From: Eledone cirrhosa
Lineage: Eukaryota
Direction: 5' to 3'
DNA: 64,000 nucleotides
Assembly: GCA_964016885.1 (NCBI GenBank)
Contig: OZ024752.1
Coordinates: 31,496,001-31,560,000 of the forward strand
Position 1 is the stretch's first letter, and every line of letters starts with the position of its first letter. Below, in pieces: positions 55,362-64,000 of this stretch. Made by a program: the position numbers and the translations under genes. The notes under the pieces are model-generated. The model had not been told where the DNA came from and made no database searches. It saw nothing but the letters and a program-made list of their open reading frames with translations.

Positions 55362-58252
55362 TATCATCATCATCGTCATCACCACAACCACCATCATCAT
55401 CCTCACCACCACCATTACCATAACCACAACCTCCATCACCATCACAACCATCATCATAATCATCAACACCACCATCATCATCATCACCATCACAACCATC
55501 ACCACCACAACTACCACCACCACCACCACAACCACCACCACAACAACTACCACCACCACCACCAAAACTACCACCACCATCACCCCACCACCACCCCATC
55601 ACCACAACTACCACCACTACCACCACAAACACCACCCATCACCACAACTACCACCACTACCACCACAACCACCACCCATCACCACAACTACCACCACCAC
55701 AACCACGACCATCACCACAACTACCACCACAACCACCACCACCACCACCACCACCACTGACCATCACCACAACTACCACCACGACCACCACCACTGACCA
55801 TCACCACAACTACCACCACTACCACCACAACCACCACCACCACTGACCATCACCACAACTACCACCACTACCACCACAACCACCACCACCACTGACCATC
55901 ACCACAACTACCACCACTACCACCACAACCACCACCACCACTACCACCACTGACCATCACCACAACTACCACCACTACCACCACCACCACCACCACCACC
56001 ACCACTGACCATCACCACAACCACCACCACCACAACCACCGACCATCACCACAACTACCACCACCACAACCACGGCCATCACCACCACTACCACCACAAC
56101 CACCACCACAACCACCACCACCACCACTGACCATCACCACAACTACCACCACTACCACCACAACCACCACTACCACCACCACCACTGACAATCACCACAA
56201 CTGCCACCACTATCACCACAAACACCACCACCACTGACCAGCACCACAACTACCACCACTACAACCACAACCATCCACCACCATTGACCATCACCACCAC
56301 TACAACTACTACCACCACCACTACCACCACAACCACCACCACCACTGACCATCACCACAACTACCACCACTACCACCACCACTGACCATCACCACGACTA
56401 CCACCACTACCACCACCACCACTGACCATCACCACGACTACCACCACAACCACCACCACCACCACTGACCATCACCACCACAACCACCACCACTGACCAT
56501 CACCACAATCACCACCACCACAACTACCACCACTACCACCACAACTACCACCACTACCACCACAACCACCACCACCACTGACCATCACCACAACTACCAC
56601 CACTACCACCACCACTGACCATCACCACAACTACCACCACTACCACCACTACCACCACAACCACCACCACCACTGACCATCACCACAACTACCACCACTA
56701 CCACCACAACCACCACTACCACCACCACCACTGACCATCACCACAACTACCACCACTACCACCACCACCACTGACCATCACCACAACCACCACCACCACC
56801 ACTGACCATCACCACAACCACCACCACCACAACTACCACCACTACCACCACAACCACCACCACCACTGACCATCACCACAACTACCACCACTACCACCAC
56901 AACTACCACCACTGACCACCAACACAACTACCACCACTACCACCACCACTACCACCACTACCACCACAACTACCACCACTGACCATTACCACAACTACCA
57001 CCTCTACCACCACTACCACCACCACCACTCACCACCACCACAACTACCACCACTACCACCACAACTACCACCACTGACCATCACCACAACTACCACCACT
57101 ACCACCACTACCACCACCACCACCACCACTACCACCACCACCATCACCACTGACCATCACCACAACTACCACCACCACCACAACTACCACCACTACCACC
57201 ACAACCACCACCACCACTGACCACCACCACAACTACCACCACTACCACCACAACTACCACCACTGACCATCACCACCACTACCACCACTACCACCACTGA
57301 CCACCACCACAACCACCACTGACCATCACCACAACTACCACCACTACCACCACTACCACCACTACCACCACCACCATCACCACCACCACCACTACCAACA
57401 CCACCATCACCACTGACCATCACCACAACTACCACCACTACCACCACTACCACCACTACCATCACCACCACCACTACCACCACTGACCACCACCACAACT
57501 ACCACCACTACCACCACAACTACCACCACTGACCATCACCACAACTACCACCACTACCACCACTGACCACCACCACAACTACCACCACTGACCATCACCA
57601 CAACTACCACCACTACCACCACTACCACCACCACCATCACCACCACTACCACCACTACCACCATCACCACTGACCATCACCACAACTACCACCACCATCA
57701 CCACTGACCATCACCACAACTACCGCCACCATCACCACTGACCATCACCAACCACAACTACCCCCACTACCACCACTACCACCACCACCATCACCACTGA
57801 CCATCACCACAACTACCGCCACCATCACCACTGACCATCACCAACCACAACTACCCCCACTACCACCACTACCACCACCACCATCACCACTGATCATCAC
57901 CACAACTACCACCACTACCACCACTACCACCACCACCATCACCACTGACCATCACCACAACTACCACCACTACCACCACTACCACCACCACTGACCACAA
58001 CTACCACCACTAGCACCACAACCACCACCACTGACCATCACCACAACTACCACCACTACCACCACAACTACCACCACTGACCATCACCACGACTACTACC
58101 ACTACCACCACCACCACCACCACCACCACCATCACCACTGACCATCACCACAACTACCACCACTACCACCACTGACCACCACCACAACTACCACAACTGA
58201 CCATCACCACCACTACCACCACCACCACCACCACCATCACCACTGACCATCA
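55362..58252. repeat. (ACC)-rich minisatellite (CACTGACCATCACCACAACTACCAC motif)
   Basis: Directly visible. Confidence 0.93.
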
Positions 58253-58384
58253 ACTCTATCGGAGTGGACATATGAAATGTAATCAGGTGTGGTTACACAG
58301 TAAGGTCACCACAAAGTAACCATCTTGGCGACATGTGGTAGCGTGCAGCAGAAAATAGAATGACACGCTTACTATTGAGATGGC

Positions 58385-58674
58385 ATGTGTTAAAAGCATC
58401 TGTAGCTTTGCAGGTGTGTGTGTGCATGTGAGTGCATCTCTGCATGTATTAATAGCAACGTCTGTAGCTCTGCAGGTGTGTGTGTGTGTGTGTATGTAAG
58501 TGCATGTCTGCATGTGTTAATAGCAACGTCTGTAGCTCTGCAGCTGTGTGTGTATGTGTATGTGAGTGCATGTCTGCATGTGTTAATAGCAACGTCTGTA
58601 GCTCTGCAGGTGTGTATGTGTATGTAAGTGCATGTCTGCATGTGTTAATAGCAGCGTTTTTAGTTCTGTAGGTA

Positions 58675-58705
<31 letters not shown>

Positions 58706-59015
58706 AAGTGCATGTCTGCATGTATTAATAACAGCGTCTTTAGTTCTGCAGGTGTGTGTGTATGTGTATGTGCATGTGAGTGCATGTCTGCAGCTCTGCA
58801 GGTGTGTGTGTATGTGTATGTGTGCATGTCTGCAGGTGTGTGTGTGTGCATGTGAGTGCATGTCTGCATGCGTTAATAGCAGCGTCTTTAGTTCTGTATA
58901 TGTGTGTGTGTGTATGTGCATGTGAGTGCATGTCTGCAGCTCTGCAGGTGTGTGTGTATGTGTATGTGTGCATGTCTGCAGGTGTGTGTGTGCATGTGAG
59001 TGCATGTCTGCATGG
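58385..59015. repeat. Minisatellite GCATGTCTGCATGTGTTAATAGC...GCAGGTGTGTG
   Basis: Recurring 60-80-bp units with variable (GT)n. Confidence 0.85.
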
Positions 59016-59053
59016 GTGTGTTGGAATGAATGTGGGTGTGTTATTTTGCCAGT

Positions 59054-59174
<121 letters not shown>

Positions 59175-59180
59175 TATATA

Positions 59181-59581
59181 CAGGGTGTCCCCCAAAAATG
59201 TATACATATATGTATTAGAATTATGTTGAACAATGTATACATTTTTCGGGACATTGTGTGTGTCTTTTTATGGGAATCAATGTAGGTGTTATTCTACCAG
59301 TAACTCTCTCTCTCTCTCTCTCTCTTTCTCTTTATATATATATATATACAGGGTGTCCCCAAAAAATGTATACACATATTTATTAGAACAATGTATACTT
59401 TTTTCAGGACACTCTGTATATATATATATATAGGCCTGTGTGTGTTTGTAGGAATGAATGTAGGTGTTACTCTCTCTCTCCCTCTCTCTTTATATGTATA
59501 TATACAGGATGTCCCCCAAAAATGTATACATATATTTATTATAATTCTATTAAACAGTGTATACATTATTTGGGGACATCC

Positions 59582-59583
<2 letters not shown>
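59181..59583. mobile_element. Three tiny Tc1/mariner-type MITEs (59181-59258, 59349-59416, 59505-59583) within a tandem triplication
   Basis: TIR CAGGGTGTCCCCCAAAAATGTATACA preceded by TA, with a degenerate reverse complement about 70-80 bp later. Shared GGAATGAATGTAGGTGTTA...(CT)n spacer. Confidence 0.75.
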
Positions 59584-59634
<51 letters not shown>

Positions 59635-59790
59635 ATATATATATATACAGGAAAAAGTATGACCCCGCTCTACTACCCTAAGTATTGAGTACTCTGGTGC
59701 GTTATGGTCCATCTGGTTCCTTACAACAATGCCTTTGTTATATATATATATATATATATGCCTGTGTGTGTGTTTGTGTGTATGATTGTG

Positions 59791-59841
<51 letters not shown>

Positions 59842-59984
59842 AACACATATATATATGGTTAAGTTTTTATAAACTTTGGTCAGGCATTCATACACGCGCA
59901 TAAATGTGTGCGTGTGTGCGCGTACACCTGTGTATTCGTGTGTGTGTGCGTGTGCGTATATACATATATATATATACACACACA

Positions 59985-60017
<33 letters not shown>

Positions 60018-60194
60018 GTATACATATACATATATATATATATATATACATATACGTATATATACATATATATATATTCGTGATGATTTCTAAAGAATGA
60101 AACAGTTCTAGTCCTGTAGAATCTCATCTATATTAAAACTTTTATACTCTGCTACGTATTGAGTACCTTACTTACTGTGGTTAGCTCCGATTCA

Positions 60195-60250
<56 letters not shown>

Positions 60251-60378
60251 AAAGTTCTATTTAAAGTTGTTGGGATACAACAAGTAAATATTTTTATAAC
60301 TGATATAAAGCACTCGACAAGTTTTTGGAGTAGATATACGATATTAACAAATGGAAACTATATTTATAAAACCATATT

Positions 60379-60443
60379 TATTTCATTATACATATTTCAG
60401 GGATACCAAATTAAACTATGGTATGCCTTCATCAGACAAAATA
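60379..60443 (-). ncRNA. Type I hammerhead (family M, left arm)
   Basis: Reverse complement of 60580-60644. Confidence 0.7.
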
Positions 60444-60579
60444 CAATATATAACAGTTTTACAAATAGCTTTGACGTACCCTTTTAAAATACAACCATTA
60501 CTTTTGGAAGCTGTCTGGATAGTAATGGTTGTATTTTAAAAGGGTACGTCAAAGCTATTTGTAAAACTGTTATATATTG

Positions 60580-60644
60580 TATTTTGTCTGATGAAGGCAT
60601 ACCATAGTTTAATTTGGTATCCCTGAAATATGTATAATGAAATA
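60580..60644 (+). ncRNA. Type I hammerhead (family M, right arm)
   Basis: TATTTTGT-CTGATGA-AGGCATACCA TAGTTTAATT TGGTATCCCT-GAAA-TATGTA-TA-ATGAAATA. Confidence 0.7.
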
Positions 60645-60684
60645 AATATGGTTTTATAAATATAGTTTCCATTTGTTAATATCG

Positions 60685-60715
<31 letters not shown>

Positions 60716-61065
60716 GCATGTATGTATGAATATGTGTAACTCTTTCTTTTAAATTCTCTGTATCGCTATATCACTCTCCCACGCGCTCTTTCTCTATTTC
60801 TCCCTCTCTCATTCCTCTCCCTCTCCCTCTCTCTTTCTCCTCCCTCTCCCTCTCTTCCCTCTCTCTCTACCCTCTTTCTATCATTCACTGTATCACTGTT
60901 TCTCTGTATGTGTCAGTCATGATATCCAAGTTAGTACATGTGTGTTATAATAGATATGTGTATATGAGTTTGTATGTATGTATATATATATATATATATA
61001 CATACATATATGCACACTCATATACACACACACATATATACACACACACATATGTACACACACAC

Positions 61066-61120
<55 letters not shown>

Positions 61121-61233
61121 CATACATACATACATGCACACTCATATACACACACATATATATATATACACACACATATGTATATATATATATATATATA
61201 CTCACATACATGCACACTCATATACATACACAC

Positions 61234-61274
<41 letters not shown>

Positions 61275-61349
61275 TATATATATATATATATACATACATA
61301 CATACATGCACACTCATATACACACACATATATATATATACACACACAC

Positions 61350-61396
<47 letters not shown>

Positions 61397-61439
61397 CATA
61401 CACACTCATATACACACACATATATATATACACACACAC

Positions 61440-61486
<47 letters not shown>

Positions 61487-61841
61487 CACACATACACACA
61501 TATATACACATATATATATATACACACACACACATGCACACTCATATACACACACATATATATATATACACACACACATGCACACTCATATACACATATA
61601 TATATATATATACACACACACATACACACATATATACACATATATATATATATGTATGTATGTATTTTTTATCTGTTTGTTACGTTGGCTAAAAACCCGC
61701 CTACAAATTTTCAGGTGAGCTACTATATATGCTGAGCAGCAGACGAATAACTTCCAGAGGAGAGGGACGTTCAATAGCGTCACAAACCCGCACCCCCCTC
61801 CAGTTAAAGCAACCATACAAAAAAAAGGTGTCTTTATATAA

Positions 61842-61872
<31 letters not shown>

Positions 61873-62006
61873 CGCAGGTTGACATCATTAATTACTTTAA
61901 ACGCATCTATACATACATACCGCGGCAACTCTGAAACAGGTATGAAATTTCGATTATGTATATAATTATACATACACATACACATACATACAGCTATCTA
62001 TCTACG

Positions 62007-62038
<32 letters not shown>

Positions 62039-62067
62039 AATATATATATATAAATATATATAAATAT

Positions 62068-62134
<67 letters not shown>

Positions 62135-62145
62135 AATATATATAA

Positions 62146-62186
<41 letters not shown>

Positions 62187-62260
62187 CAGTCAAACAAACA
62201 AAAACAAAGATGTATATATATGTATATACACATACTTTCACACACATACATCTATCTACG

Positions 62261-62294
<34 letters not shown>

Positions 62295-62371
62295 TACACT
62301 CAAACAAAAACAAAGATGTATATATATGTATATACACATACTTTCACACACATACATACATCTATCTACGC

Positions 62372-62420
<49 letters not shown>

Positions 62421-62659
62421 TACACTCAAACAAAGACAAAGATGTATACATATATACACATACTTTCACATACATAAAACAAATACCCACACACACCTTC
62501 ATATACACACATATTTAGTTAGACTCATACACACATACATACTCAACTCACATACTAGCAAATACATACTTACACAAACTCTCGTACAGGTGCATCATAT
62601 ACCTGTTACAGGTATACAAAGGTTTCTTAGTTAGTATGCTTACATCTACACACACACAT

Positions 62660-62709
<50 letters not shown>

Positions 62710-62766
62710 GACTTACTTTCTAAGGAAGAATTACACATGAATTTGCTTTTATGAATGCAAACGCAT

Positions 62767-62803
<37 letters not shown>

Positions 62804-62994
62804 ATATGTTCCTGTGCTTGAAAGTATGTGTATATACATACATACACATGACATACACACATATATATGCATATACATACATACACACGACATACACACA
62901 TATATATGCATATACATACATACACACGCGCATATACATAAATACACACACGCATATACATACACACACATACACACAAACACAAACACACATA

Positions 62995-63035
<41 letters not shown>

Positions 63036-63748
63036 TATATCTCTTCACAGATAACTTCTGAGAACGACATATTTCGACCAGTCGCCAACTTTTCCAGAAG
63101 CAAGAAGTACATCGAAGCAACAAAATTTCCAGAAATATATGATAATATATTCAGAGAAAGATAACCAAAAGGGAATATATATATATAAATATATATATAC
63201 ATACATATTTATTTAAATCTCTACCTATATTCATATATATATATTTATATATAAAAAAAAATTATATATATTTTAAAAAACACATACAAGATGATAAGAA
63301 ACCGAGAATTATATTTGATGATCTTGCAGCTTTCAGCAGGTAAATAGATCTCTTTTCTTAAACTTTCGTTGTGCAAAAACATACACACATACACAAAACT
63401 GTGCACGTATACATATATGTGCACGGATATACGCAATAGACAAATGCATATATACACATATGCACACACACACATTCGAACAGTTAGAAAAAACGGAAAA
63501 ACTTTATCTATACACTTGTTTTATATAACATATATATCGACCAGTGTTGGACTTACCTATAAGCTAAATAAGTTATAGTTTAGGGCCACACACCCTAGGG
63601 AGAGGGTCTCATCATTTCTTTTAAATTATTCTTTACATTTTATCATTAGTTTTTATTCTTTAGCACTAAATCATATAGAAGCTCCAACCGTTAAGGTTGT
63701 CTTTTTTCAGGGTATGTCAATATTTATTTATAAAACTAATCTGTATTG

Positions 63749-63814
63749 TATTTTATCTGATGAAAGCGCACCATAATTTGCCTTGGTGGCCCTTGAAATA
63801 TGTATAATAAAATA
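63749..63814 (+). ncRNA. Type I hammerhead (family M)
   Basis: TATTTTAT-CTGATGA-AAGCGCACCA TAATTTGCCT TGGTGGCCCTT-GAAA-TATGTA-TA-ATAAAATA. Confidence 0.78.
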
Positions 63815-64000
63815 AATATGGTTTTATAAATATAGTTTCCATTTGTTAGTATATTGTATATTTACTCCAATAATTTGTTGAGTGCTTTATATCAGTTATA
63901 AAAATATTTTTAAGCTTGTATCCCAACAAATTAAATATAACCTCTGCATATATATATATATATATATATATATAATGAACAGATTAAAGTTTAAGCAAAG

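Larger units (their letters stand above)
60248..60687. mobile_element. Family M element with an apparently perfect fold-back of about 165 bp per arm
   Basis: 60336-60502 is mirrored at 60521-60687. Related copies at 47655-47925 and 63685-63948. Confidence 0.85.

Overview
AT-rich animal DNA packed with microsatellites. The repeat landscape looks like octopus or another cephalopod (inference). I could not recognise any intact host protein-coding gene, and nearly all listed ORFs are microsatellite translations. The window holds decayed retroelements (an RTE-clade LINE with a PHD-like finger, a 5'-inverted RTE fragment, two L1/Tx1-like fragments, a solo LTR), many tRNA-derived SINE copies, hAT and Tc1/mariner relics, a 5'-truncated U6 retrocopy fused to a retroelement-like tail, and several tandem arrays, including about 11.6 near-identical copies of a 615-bp unit. 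The main unexplained signal is a set of short non-coding inserts in (TA)n tracts. By eye I count 23 minimal type I hammerhead ribozyme motifs in about 13 unrelated insert families. The inserts occur as tandem or partial-tandem units, fold-back inverted repeats and one circularly permuted pair. This points to a diverse population of (TA)n-associated, non-autonomous retrozyme/Penelope-like elements. All folds were read manually and need computational and biochemical confirmation.
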